Shown: positions 38,783 through 48,645 of the stretch, piece by piece
Numbering within the stretch: the first letter of the stretch is position 1
How the letters are laid out: every line of letters begins with the position of its first letter
Virus record (IMG/VR): IMGVR_UViG_3300019365_000009
Location: 2,229-66,228 of that record
Reading direction: 5' to 3' (one strand)
DNA length: 64,000 bases
Source: a virus
Taxonomy: Duplodnaviria > Caudoviricetes
The notes under the pieces: model-generated
Told to the model about the DNA's origin: nothing
Databases searched by the model: none
Seen by the model: only the letters and a program-made list of their open reading frames with translations
Translations under genes and position numbers: made by a program

Positions 38783-38823
38783 GATGTGGGGGATGGCATT
38801 ACGCCTTCCCCCTCATCTTTTTT
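38781..38823. terminator. bidirectional terminator between convergent genes
   Basis: AAGATG.GGGGGA.GGC/GCC.TCCCCC.CATCTT stem plus T-run. Confidence 0.65.
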
Positions 38824-39662
38824 ACTTCTTTCATAAAGAGTAGTCCTTCAGTAAAATCCAAGATGTAGTTACCGGCATCCCATCTTTCCTGATGTTTCTT
38901 TGCTCCGTTGTCTCGGTCCATTACCAATTCAAAGCGGTCATTCAAGTACCAGTACACATTATTCTTACCTTTTTGGGGCGTTTTGATAAACTGATGGGCA
39001 CGCTCATTAAATGACAAGCCATTCTTAGAAGTTGCAGCGTGAAGCCTTTTAATATCGGCTTCTGTCGCTTGTCTTAATGGTGTATAGTTTGAATCAATCC
39101 AACAATCCATCTGCAACTTATTTCCATAGAGATAAGCGAGAAAATGATGTTTGGAATTGTCTGATTCTAAGTACATTCCCACACCTACCTCATCACTGTT
39201 GGGGTATTCTATAGTGGCATAAAAATATTTTTGAGGGGTGTATATCTTGTTAAACTTTCCAGTGCGCACTTGAAAATCCAATCTCTTCTCAAAAACGAGT
39301 TTTCTTAACTCAGTGATACGAGACTCTTCCAAAGTCTGTAACCTTTGAGGCTCCAGAACTTCCATATCATTGACAATAAGATTGCCTTCATAATCACAAT
39401 AAGCAGCCAAGACGATACTGGCCGGAGTGCTGCTACTCACTATCCCCATTGTATTTCCGTAGCTGACCATATCCCCTGCACCGAACCCTGTCTCAATCCA
39501 TTTTCTGAATTGCCTGTATGTTGAATCCGCCTTGGGATATAATGCTTTATGGATTTTTCCTCCCTTAAATCGCTTACGACAATATTCGAGAACTCTTTGC
39601 CAGTCCTCATCTGAGAAATGGCAATCAGCAGTGTAACGATATATCTGATTCAGAGTTTTCAT
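38799..39662 (-). CDS. hypothetical protein
   Basis: Isolated minus-strand ORF; probable ATG at 39662. Confidence 0.7.
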   Translation of the reverse strand: MKTLNQIYRYTADCHFSDEDWQRVLEYCRKRFKGGKIHKALYPKADSTYRQFRKWIETGFGAGDMVSYGNTMGIVSSSTPASIVLAAYCDYEGNLIVNDMEVLEPQRLQTLEESRITELRKLVFEKRLDFQVRTGKFNKIYTPQKYFYATIEYPNSDEVGVGMYLESDNSKHHFLAYLYGNKLQMDCWIDSNYTPLRQATEADIKRLHAATSKNGLSFNERAHQFIKTPQKGKNNVYWYLNDRFELVMDRDNGAKKHQERWDAGNYILDFTEGLLFMKEVKKMRGKA

Positions 39663-39734
39663 GTGGTATATTCCAGTTTTAACTTGCAAAGTTACTATTA
39701 AAAATTAAAACCAGGCGAAATAATTGCCTATTAT

Positions 39735-39765
39735 TTTGACCAAACTTAAATTTTTAATAATTTTG
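39735..39765 (+). promoter_or_regulatory. Bacteroidota-type housekeeping promoter
   Basis: TTTG (39735) - N19 - TAATTTTG (39758). Confidence 0.6.
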
Positions 39766-39831
39766 CAATCTGCAAATGAGGATATTACCTATCCCAACGT
39801 GATGAAAGCAGTGTTATGAATAGTTCATAAC

Positions 39832-40413
39832 ATGAAGCGAATACCCAATAGGGCTATGCTGCCGCCACCAGAGCCGATTGTGATTAAGCTCGATCCTAAA
39901 CAGCTCAGGGGCGGAATAGTCCTTCCCAAAGTCAAGTATCAGGTACTTGCAACAGTTGAAACCGAAGAGGTTTTTAACGGAATGGTTATACCCATGCCTA
40001 AAGTCCTGATATACTTCCTGAACAAGAACGAGCTGATGGTGGTCTCGACAATCATGGAAGAGGCTAATGAAAACGGGGATTGTGCATTGTCGGTCAAAGA
40101 ACTGGCAATCAAGATGAAATTATCTATCCCCACTGTCAGTGACAGTCTCTATTCTCTACGGCATATCGGATTATTACTGGAAACCCCCAATGGGAAAAGA
40201 GGGGGTGGAAGAATCCGTCAGCTAAATTACAAAGCAATCCAACATTTGAATGACCTTGTGGAAAATGAAGATCCAGGCATATACGCTCGGATCCGAACTG
40301 CCACGCGCAAAATCAATATCCTCAATCTGACAAAGGATGATGTGAAAAGCGCATACGACACTCATGTGCTGGAACCGGGCCATGATTCGGCAGAGGAAGA
40401 AGAATATGATTAA
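39832..40413 (+). CDS. winged-HTH DNA-binding protein
   Basis: LSVKELAIKMKLSIPTVSDSLYSLRHIGLL. Confidence 0.65.
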   Translation: MKRIPNRAMLPPPEPIVIKLDPKQLRGGIVLPKVKYQVLATVETEEVFNGMVIPMPKVLIYFLNKNELMVVSTIMEEANENGDCALSVKELAIKMKLSIPTVSDSLYSLRHIGLLLETPNGKRGGGRIRQLNYKAIQHLNDLVENEDPGIYARIRTATRKINILNLTKDDVKSAYDTHVLEPGHDSAEEEEYD

Positions 40414-40450
40414 GTGATGAAAGCAGTGTTCCTCAAAAATTGAAAAGATA

Positions 40451-40753
40451 ATGAGCAGACCAATTCATTTTGAGTATCAGCAATTCGGAAACATCACTGT
40501 CGTAGCTCTGGATTCAAAACTGAAGGACTATGATTTCAAGCCGGTCAATGTCGGCGGTAAAATGATGGTTCAACTTCCTGAGAAAACCGTAAAAGACTGC
40601 CGCAACATAGATGGCTGTATTTATTTCCACCTCGGAAGAGTAAGTGATAGCGTTATGGTTGACCTTATCGAGAATTTCCAGAAATTGAAAATGGAGAAAG
40701 GCTGGAAGCCCGGAAAGGGTTTGGTAATTCCTGACAACAAATTCAAGTTCTGA
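40451..40753 (+). CDS. hypothetical protein
   Basis: Operon-packed ORF. Confidence 0.65.
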   Translation: MSRPIHFEYQQFGNITVVALDSKLKDYDFKPVNVGGKMMVQLPEKTVKDCRNIDGCIYFHLGRVSDSVMVDLIENFQKLKMEKGWKPGKGLVIPDNKFKF

Positions 40754-40754
40754 T

Positions 40755-41006
40755 ATGAGCTTCAAAGATTACTTGCAATCATTACGCTGGAACAGTTTTG
40801 CAAAATATCCGACTCAAGGCTCTGATGTTTACATTCACTGTTTCGCTGGTGACATCCATAAGTTTGTCAAAGTAAGACAATTCAACGCTGTCTGCTTTGA
40901 CTTTCAGAAAATCGTAAATAACTTTCCACAAAATCATCAATGGCAGTTCTCGTGGCTGCCAGCAGCAAAAACCGAAGAAGATTATGATAACTCAACTTCT
41001 CATTAG
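40755..41006 (+). CDS. hypothetical protein
   Basis: Operon-packed ORF. Confidence 0.55.
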   Translation: MSFKDYLQSLRWNSFAKYPTQGSDVYIHCFAGDIHKFVKVRQFNAVCFDFQKIVNNFPQNHQWQFSWLPAAKTEEDYDNSTSH

Positions 41007-41178
41007 TGCGGTAATGGCTATATCGCCATTTACTCCAAAGACTCCGGTGTCTGATGTGCCTAAGCAATACGCCATCTTAAACGCCGATGAAGAGCGTAAG
41101 CCGACAAACAGACGCGATCGTAGAGCAAACAAGCGCCGTCAGAAATGATAATAACAGTGAGATACAAAAATCGTCAAG

Positions 41179-41469
41179 ATGAAAAGAGCTTATATTTCAA
41201 TCCCGATATCCGGGGAAGATTATAACAGCCAACGTGACCACGCCACCGCCATAGCCTCCAAACTGAAGAAACAAGGTTATGATGTTGTAACGCCATTTGA
41301 CATCGTAAAGTCTGTGACCACTCCCTACAATGAAGCGATGGGAAAATGTGTGGCCGGACTTCTGGAGTGTGAGATGATCTATCTCTGCAAAGGCTGGCGG
41401 AACTCCAAGGGATGTTCCGCTGAACTTCAGGTGGCCTTGGTGTATGGGCTGGAAGTGATGATTGAATAA
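41179..41469 (+). CDS. DUF4406-like (nucleoside deoxyribosyltransferase-fold) protein
   Basis: YISIPISG...GYDVVTPFD...LLECEMIYLCKGWRNSKGCSAE. Confidence 0.75.
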   Translation: MKRAYISIPISGEDYNSQRDHATAIASKLKKQGYDVVTPFDIVKSVTTPYNEAMGKCVAGLLECEMIYLCKGWRNSKGCSAELQVALVYGLEVMIE

Positions 41470-43300
41470 TATTGGCCAAAGACTATTATCAATCAGACAA
41501 GAAAAGTTTTTGTCTCATACAAGAATTTGGTTTTTTCGTGCGCTGGGCTGGGAAGCTCGGCGCATTGTATTTTCAGGGCGCACGTTCTATCCGAAAGAAA
41601 GAACCAAAAAGAAAAACAAAAAACAGAAAAAAGAAAAATAAATAAAAAGAAAAAAGAAAAATAAATAAAAAGAAAAAATAAGAAAGAAAGTGGTTCACTC
41701 TCCCTCATTCCTTTTCTCCTAAAGTCGAAAAGGAAATTCGGTCGAGTGACCCGCGCACACGCGAGCGCGAACCCAAGGCAAAGAACTTCATAGTATAGCT
41801 CCCTATTCCAGTAAACTTAACAAAGTCTGTTTCCCTACATTTCAGTAAACTTTTGAAAAGGCTGTTTAGAGTATTCTGTTTAGAGCTTAGTTCCATTCCC
41901 AGTAATTTTATAAAAACTGTTTTGTGATTTTTTGAGAAAGTGTTGAAGGAGTTTTAGGGAGTGGAAGGATTTTTAAGGGGGTATGTTTTGGGAATTTTTC
42001 AAAACAATCCACAAATAAGACCGCCGCCCGCCGCCGATCGTGCTGCGCCCTGCACCGGCCCCAAAAACCGACTTGAAAAATAACCCCCGGAAAATTTGGG
42101 GCAAGTGATTTGAGAGTTTTCTGGTGTGTCAAAAACCGAAAAATAATATGGTTGCTAAAAGTGTTTATGGACGATGATAGGAAAAATGCCCAAATTTAGG
42201 CCATAGGAAGCCCTACAAGTGATTTTGTTGGCAAAGATGTGTAGTTATTCATCCGAGGGTGAGAAGCGCGAAATTTGGGGCATTCTAGACGGTTTTGAGA
42301 TTTGGGCGAGATGTGGCGTGTGGTGGCTGAGGTCTGGTAAAAATGTGACTGGGATGATAACTGATGAAATATCAGCAGTTTATGAGTAAAAAAGGCTGGA
42401 ATGAGGGGTTTTGAGGCAAAAATCAGGTTAAAAATTGGATGATACTGGAGTGTTTTGTGGGGCTGAGATGTTTCTGACCCTCTCAGTACAACAACTACTA
42501 AAACGAGATTTGAAATTTGAGAAAAATTTACATCTGCCTTCAAGAGCAAGGGAGACACCCACTCCAGTTTTTTATTTATTTTCAGATAGTTAGCTACATT
42601 TTCGGCTTATTTTGGTTTCACTTTTGCAATAAGTGAAACATACATTTTTTGCTTGAAAATCGAAGTCTAAATGTTAAAAAGTGTTTAATCTTTGCTTATT
42701 GTGTATAAATTGTTGTTTTTCAACTGTTTGGGTAAATTTGATAATTTGGTTTCACTTATTTTTGAAAGTGAAACCTCTTTTATATATAGGTGAAACTCCA
42801 CTTTTTAACATTTATTTAACACTCCAAAATACCCTTATCCATTTTTGGGACTATCTCAAACATAAAATTTTCCCTTTTCTCAAAAAATTTTCAAGAAAAA
42901 TAAAGATTTTTACATTACTGATTATCAATCAATTACACCTTTACAAACAACCTTACACCTTAATAGATATAAAAGAATGGGCTTATGAAAAAATTTTTGC
43001 CGATAGTGTTGTAACCGTCCACAGACCACTGCAATATTGTGGTGTAAGATTTGAGAAACGGATTAGCTCCTGAACTTCTCAAAAACTTGCAAGAGAACTT
43101 TGACATATTGGTGCTTAGTTGCTTTTGGCAATAAGTGTGAAAAGTAAAATCCCTTGACTCCATGAGTGAGGAAAATTTAGCAAATTTTCGCTTTATCCTT
43201 TGCAAGTCCATGACTTGCGTATATAGGTAAAAAGTGTGTAAAGTAGCGAAGTAACATACTGTTATCAAAAATTATGCAACAAAATTGTATCGTGTGGGTA
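41470..43300. other. long non-coding region (candidate origin or genome-end region)
   Basis: No credible ORF; A-tract ~41590-41690, short GC island ~42020-42062, inverted-repeat motif pairs at 42615-42639 and 42749-42774. Confidence 0.5.
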
Positions 43301-43719
43301 AAAACCGCAATAGTGCGGGCGTGTAAAGCGATGCAGCCCCTGCGCACGGGGGAAGAGTGGGAGTAATGCGTCCATTCGGGGGAAACCTTTGTCCGACTTG
43401 TAGGGTGAAACGACTCAATCGGATAGCATAGAGCGCAAAAAAGTCCAAAATGTGCAAAAACGGTTGCGCATGAATGCGGTAAAGGCATACCATGCAAGCG
43501 CACTGACCGTACCCCTTAGTGGGCGTGTTTGGGCTGACGTAGGAGCACAAGTTACGTCCGTTCTGGAAAATAATGTATCCAATCAACACTTTATAGGGTG
43601 AGTCCGTAAAAGCGGCACTGGGAGTGTGGCATATTATGCCCTTGCAATGTACTCCCCACCCACTATTCATTAACCTCAAAGCAGTTGTGACCGCTCTTGT
43701 GTGGGGTCACTATATCATC

Positions 43720-44334
43720 ATGGTTACAAATGTAACCCTCAACGCAAAGCAAATCAACGGTGGCTCACGCGAAATCATCTCCAAGACCTCGCAACTCACG
43801 CAGGTACTCCGTACCTTTGAGACCCTCTACACCCAAAAACTCCCCTCGTGCGATGGGATGACTGTGGAGGGCTTTATGTCCGCAATGGGCGTGGAGCGTT
43901 TCACGACTACCAACAAGTCGGGCAAAGTGACGAAAAAGGGCTACACCCCCGGAACTATCCGCAAGGGTTGGAATGACTCTATGCAGACCGAAGAGGGCAA
44001 AATGTGCGTGTTCAAAAACGTGCCGGCGAAGTACAAGGATGAGGACGGCACGGTCTATCGTGTGTTCACACCCGAAGAGGCTGAAAAGATTGACGGCAAG
44101 TGCGTTTCACGCTTTATGCTGTCGGAAATTGCCGACGACAAGTGGACTGTCGCAATAATTCTGCGCGGTCTGAAACAGGGTCGTGACTTCAAAAAGTACA
44201 ATGACCGTTCTGTGGAGTCTGAAATGGCGTGGGAAGAGATGGATAACCTGTGCATCATCCGCGTGGTGGAGGATGAAAACGGCAAACAGAGCCGTGAAAT
44301 CGTGGAAATCGAAAAGGATGAGGTGTATTTCTGA
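43720..44334 (+). CDS. hypothetical early protein
   Basis: First gene of the plus-strand run; probable ATG at 43720. Confidence 0.7.
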   Translation: MVTNVTLNAKQINGGSREIISKTSQLTQVLRTFETLYTQKLPSCDGMTVEGFMSAMGVERFTTTNKSGKVTKKGYTPGTIRKGWNDSMQTEEGKMCVFKNVPAKYKDEDGTVYRVFTPEEAEKIDGKCVSRFMLSEIADDKWTVAIILRGLKQGRDFKKYNDRSVESEMAWEEMDNLCIIRVVEDENGKQSREIVEIEKDEVYF

Positions 44335-44409
44335 GCCTCAACTATCGGGTGAACTTTAGCGACATTGGGGGTGCGAGTCCCCCACACTCACTAATCAAAA
44401 TTTAATGTA

Positions 44410-44904
44410 ATGGCAACAAAAACATTCAAAGGGGTATCTATGCCCAAATCTGAGCTCAACGCCTATGGTGTTGGGCTTTTGCGTTTGAGTGAGGCACATA
44501 TCAATGCCGAAAACTTCAATCGTGAGGAAATAGAGTATATCGGCAAATGCAGTATCCGCCGGCGTAAGGTGGTGCTGGGTCGTATCGGAAACTTGTGGGG
44601 AATTAGTGGGCGAATGGCGGAACAACGTCGCCAAGTAACTGCGCAATTCCAAGCAAACTTGCGGTTCCGGGCGCACTATGTCATCGAAGGAAAACGTGTT
44701 ACTGTGTTGCACGCTTCAAACGGCAAAAGTGTGGAGCGGGCTATGTCCGATTATGAGTGTCGCGACACTTCTAAGTCTGTGTGGGAAATGAGTGCAAGAG
44801 AGTTATTCAAAGCAGTCCAAGGGCGCAGACCGTCACGCAAACACGCTCCCAAAATGGGTCTTTCAACTCGCATTGCCAATGCTGCCCGTATGGAGAAACT
44901 TTAA
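44410..44904 (+). CDS. hypothetical basic protein
   Basis: Arg-rich ORF with an A-rich leader. Confidence 0.6.
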   Translation: MATKTFKGVSMPKSELNAYGVGLLRLSEAHINAENFNREEIEYIGKCSIRRRKVVLGRIGNLWGISGRMAEQRRQVTAQFQANLRFRAHYVIEGKRVTVLHASNGKSVERAMSDYECRDTSKSVWEMSARELFKAVQGRRPSRKHAPKMGLSTRIANAARMEKL

Positions 44905-45042
44905 CAACAACCCAATAAACTCCAACAAAATGATTAGAACAGTTTATTTCATCTGTGGTCGCCCTCGTGTGGCTGTGAGAGTCGCCTCCTGCTCTGGTGG
45001 CAAGTACATCAATTACGCTAACCCTTCAAAATCCAACAGAAA

Positions 45043-45462
45043 ATGAAATCGCTTTTCAAACTCGCTGCGGTCGGCTGTCTTGCCGCCGTTCTCGGTGTCG
45101 GCTGTGCCGTCGCCGCTTCTTTCGTGAAATATCAAGACGAAATCACTGCATCGCTTGCGGATTATCCGTCTGAAAACCGCCCTGTGAGCGGAATGTTCTT
45201 CTCCACTGAATATGTGGTGGAAGAGTACGAGTATGACGATGCCTATTGTCTGCTCTATGACGATGCCGATGCAAATCTCTTCGAGTGTGAAATCATCGTG
45301 GACCTCGAAACCTATCAACTGGTGCGGTACCACATCGAGAATGACAAGAAACTTGTCGGCTCCCTCGTGCTGAATGACGATTACAGTTTTGACGGCGTGG
45401 AAGTATTCACCTTTATGCCCGAACCTGAGTTTGAAATGGCAGATGCAAGTGCTAACCTCTAA
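45043..45462 (+). CDS. hypothetical exported/membrane protein
   Basis: N-terminal hydrophobic signal-like segment; acidic body. Confidence 0.65.
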   Translation: MKSLFKLAAVGCLAAVLGVGCAVAASFVKYQDEITASLADYPSENRPVSGMFFSTEYVVEEYEYDDAYCLLYDDADANLFECEIIVDLETYQLVRYHIENDKKLVGSLVLNDDYSFDGVEVFTFMPEPEFEMADASANL

Positions 45463-45474
45463 AATTCTCAACCG

Positions 45475-45780
45475 ATGAAGAAAATCATTCTCACTATGTT
45501 TCTGGCGATCGCCGCGATGTCTGCCTGCGCCGCCAATGAAGTCAAGAACGACACTATTCCCGTAAACAATTCGGAGATTGTCAAAATCGTGGAAGATGAA
45601 AGCGTCAATTCCAAAGGTAACAAAGTCACCAAGTTCTACTTCCTGTATGACGGTGAACTGATATCGGCTTCCCGTCACGTCGTGGAGTCATACAACCTCT
45701 GCAAGAAACACGAGGTAAAATGCCGCCTTGCAGTGGTCGTAAACAAGAAAACCAACCGCAAACGTATAATTCTAAACTAA
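45475..45780 (+). CDS. putative lipoprotein
   Basis: MKKIILTMFLAIAAMSAC lipobox-like signal. Confidence 0.6.
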   Translation: MKKIILTMFLAIAAMSACAANEVKNDTIPVNNSEIVKIVEDESVNSKGNKVTKFYFLYDGELISASRHVVESYNLCKKHEVKCRLAVVVNKKTNRKRIILN

Positions 45781-45785
45781 CAGCT

Positions 45786-45953
45786 ATGGCAAATTATGAC
45801 AAAATGTCTGTTTCCGAACTGGAAATGGAGCGCGACCGCCTCACTGAGAAAATGATGGCGTCAAACGACACCGCCGAAATCGAATTGCTCAGTCAGGATA
45901 TTGAGGGTATCGAGGGTATTCTCAGTGAGCGTGACCCGATGGCAGAGGATTAA
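45786..45953 (+). CDS. small acidic hypothetical protein
   Basis: ATG at 45786; followed by a terminator. Confidence 0.55.
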   Translation: MANYDKMSVSELEMERDRLTEKMMASNDTAEIELLSQDIEGIEGILSERDPMAED

Positions 45954-45974
45954 ACTGCCAAAAACCAAAACTCT

Positions 45975-46008
45975 GGTCGGTACTTCATCTGAGGTGCCGA
46001 CCTTTTTT
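45975..46008 (+). terminator. intrinsic terminator
   Basis: GGTCGGTACTTCA/TGAGGTGCCGACC stem plus T6. Confidence 0.75.
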
Positions 46009-46034
46009 CTTTCATTATTAAAAACAAAATCAAA

Positions 46035-46562
46035 ATGATACAAATCAACTTTTCAAGCGCACTCACAAGCGTATTCTCTGGGTACACCTCAACCGAAGAA
46101 CTGAAGTCTGCCGCCAATGCCATCTGCGCTCAGGTAAATGACGCATACAAGGCACGTTTTACTGAAATCACCAACAAGACCAAAACTGCATCAAAGCCTG
46201 CGACCGCCCCGGCTACTCCCGCCAAGCCTGAAGCCAAAGCAAAGAAAGAAAAGACCGCCAAGACCAAACCAGCTGAGGCTCCCAAGACCAAAACCAAGAC
46301 CAAGACCGTCGGCGAAACTGATACGCTTGTGGCAATCACTGACCTCGCCGCTATCAAAAAACTCGGTCTTTCTTTCGTGAAGTACAACGATCGTTGCTGG
46401 GTTCTTCGTGGCGACACCAAGCCTCTTCGCAAAATTCTCAAAGAACAGTTCAAAGGCGTGTTCAACAGCCATTTGTCCGGCGGCGAGGGCTGGGTTATCA
46501 AAACCGCCAACGTGGATGAATGTGCCAAGGCTCTCGGTATCAAACTTCCCAAAGTCGCTTAA
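46035..46562 (+). CDS. hypothetical protein with a K/A/T/P-rich linker
   Basis: Strong codon bias; two-domain layout. Confidence 0.7.
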   Translation: MIQINFSSALTSVFSGYTSTEELKSAANAICAQVNDAYKARFTEITNKTKTASKPATAPATPAKPEAKAKKEKTAKTKPAEAPKTKTKTKTVGETDTLVAITDLAAIKKLGLSFVKYNDRCWVLRGDTKPLRKILKEQFKGVFNSHLSGGEGWVIKTANVDECAKALGIKLPKVA

Positions 46563-46685
46563 TGCAGAATCGGATGAGCATAAGGAGCAGTGTTTGCCCA
46601 GAGCATTGCCCTTTATCAATTATTAACATCCATTAATAAAATTCTGAGCCAACAATCTTCTAATAACAAAAAAACGGACTCACAA

Positions 46686-46925
46686 ATGAAACAGACATCA
46701 ATCGAAATCCTCAATGCCATACTGACCATTCTTGTCGGTATTCTCTCGCTCATCATTCTTTTTTGCCGCAAGATGTGGCTGAAAGTGAGCCGAAATATCC
46801 TCAAACCTCATTTCGGCATTGAGACCAAGGCTTATCGGAAGTGGCACGATAAACGCTCTGCCCACATCCAGAAGCTGCTTGACAAAGAACACAAAGAGAA
46901 CCCCAACATAATTTCATTCGTATGA
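46686..46925 (+). CDS. small membrane protein
   Basis: One hydrophobic helix (ILNAILTILVGILSLIILF). Confidence 0.55.
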   Translation: MKQTSIEILNAILTILVGILSLIILFCRKMWLKVSRNILKPHFGIETKAYRKWHDKRSAHIQKLLDKEHKENPNIISFV

Positions 46926-47644
46926 CACCGAATATCACCAAAATAATTCAGACCATGAGTAATATCGTGGCTGATGTCATGACTTCCTTTCAGTCAGATT
47001 TTGAGAATTTCGATCGCCCATATATCGAGAATGCCTACAATTCTAAGTTTCCGATGATTTGGATTGTCGGAAAATCTTACACCTATCTCTTGCACTTGGG
47101 AGAATATGAGGAAAACTTTAGGGAAAATGAGGTGGCACGATATGCCTACGTTCAGGGTGGAAATCCATTTTTCTCTTTTCTCGACGCTCTTGGTGGCGAC
47201 CATCTTTTTCTGATTGAGCCGGATGGCGTTCGAGAAATCACTGAAAAGCAAGTGCGTGAAGTTTGCCGTGACATAGTGACTTCAGTTGCTGAGAAGTGGA
47301 TGAAAGAAAATGGTCCGCTTCCCACAAGAGTTCAAGTACCGGTCAAGTTCTTCAACATCACTCTATCAAAGGTCAAAGAACTGATCCGCGAATGTGAGGC
47401 GCACAACGACAATTCTCTCATTGAGATTTTCCGTCGCTTTCACAATTATCGCCGTGTTGCAATAGACCAATATATCCAGATTTCCTACAATCCCGGATAT
47501 AACGAGTTTACTTTCTGCGAGTACACCAACGGCAAGCAAGGTCTTGTTGGTGGTATCATCTTTCACGGATGGCCCGAAACAGGCTATATGGTTAACGGTT
47601 CCTATCAAATGGAGCCAACATACGGCTGGTCATCACACACTTAA
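46922..47644 (+). CDS. hypothetical protein
   Basis: ATGA overlap with the upstream gene. Confidence 0.7.
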   Translation: MTPNITKIIQTMSNIVADVMTSFQSDFENFDRPYIENAYNSKFPMIWIVGKSYTYLLHLGEYEENFRENEVARYAYVQGGNPFFSFLDALGGDHLFLIEPDGVREITEKQVREVCRDIVTSVAEKWMKENGPLPTRVQVPVKFFNITLSKVKELIRECEAHNDNSLIEIFRRFHNYRRVAIDQYIQISYNPGYNEFTFCEYTNGKQGLVGGIIFHGWPETGYMVNGSYQMEPTYGWSSHT

Positions 47645-47655
47645 CTTTTACGACT

Positions 47656-48633
47656 ATGTGCAATGAAATGAAACCCTGGGAACCATATCTTCCAGAGCAC
47701 GTTTGCCTTTACTATGTGGATTACAACAGTAACCTCGATGGAAACACAAAAAATCTTCAAAAGTGTATCGAGGACAACAATCTTTATCCCATATCAGAAT
47801 CCATAGATGGATGGTGGGATTTTCCTGAAGGTCAGTATCTCGAAGATATGCAGAGGGCTATGGAGAATGATGATATGGAATGGGATGATGACTGGAGAGA
47901 TGAAATCATCGAAACCTTGCGTGAAAGAGATGATAGTGACCCAGTAAAAGACCTCATTCACAATACTTCCGACTTACATTGCTATTTCGACCTCGGATAT
48001 GATGTCGATGAGCCATTTGGAGCCGATGAAGAAGAACAGGAAGAAGAGATTGACAGTATCTGCAAGGTACTGAAAATCGCCAAGGATTCTCCAATGCGTG
48101 AAAAGATTACCGGAATATACTATAACGCTTCTTATGGTGGCAGCCTCCGCATATACTTTCCAGCCGGTCTGATGACTTTGCTTTCTGGCAATGGCTGGGA
48201 TGGCGATAAGGAAGATTTTGAGTCTATTAAATTCAAAGGAAAATTCCGCGTGGTTATCATCGACACAATGAATGGTAGTGGCGATTTTGAGGATGACATT
48301 GAACTTGATGTTGAATATGACTTCGACCGCTCATTGCTCGGTGTATCTGAAGAAGATCATTATGCGTTTGAAGAGATTTTCGGTGACGATTGCGGAATTA
48401 AGCATTGTGAAACTCCGACATTTGAAAAGAAAGCGGAAGCTGAAACTATCCACGTTGAGAATGAAGCGCTTGCTCAGGAACGTGAAAGACAACAGAAATA
48501 CAATGACACTTTCAAAGCTGGCAAATGCACATTCGGCGACCGCGATATGAACCGGCATCGTGACATCGAATATGTCAATGCTTTCCCATGTGGCTGGCAT
48601 TGCCCTCATTGTGGAATGACATGGACCGACTAA
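47656..48633 (+). CDS. acidic hypothetical protein with a C-terminal Cys/His zinc-ribbon-like motif
   Basis: D/E-rich; ends CGWHCPHCG. Confidence 0.7.
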   Translation: MCNEMKPWEPYLPEHVCLYYVDYNSNLDGNTKNLQKCIEDNNLYPISESIDGWWDFPEGQYLEDMQRAMENDDMEWDDDWRDEIIETLRERDDSDPVKDLIHNTSDLHCYFDLGYDVDEPFGADEEEQEEEIDSICKVLKIAKDSPMREKITGIYYNASYGGSLRIYFPAGLMTLLSGNGWDGDKEDFESIKFKGKFRVVIIDTMNGSGDFEDDIELDVEYDFDRSLLGVSEEDHYAFEEIFGDDCGIKHCETPTFEKKAEAETIHVENEALAQERERQQKYNDTFKAGKCTFGDRDMNRHRDIEYVNAFPCGWHCPHCGMTWTD

Positions 48634-48645
48634 AAATATAAAGCC

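Noticed and set aside
41493-43679. ORFs listed in the long intergenic region
   Set aside because: They are low-complexity translations (e.g. poly-Phe from the A-tract) with no codon bias or plausible leader.
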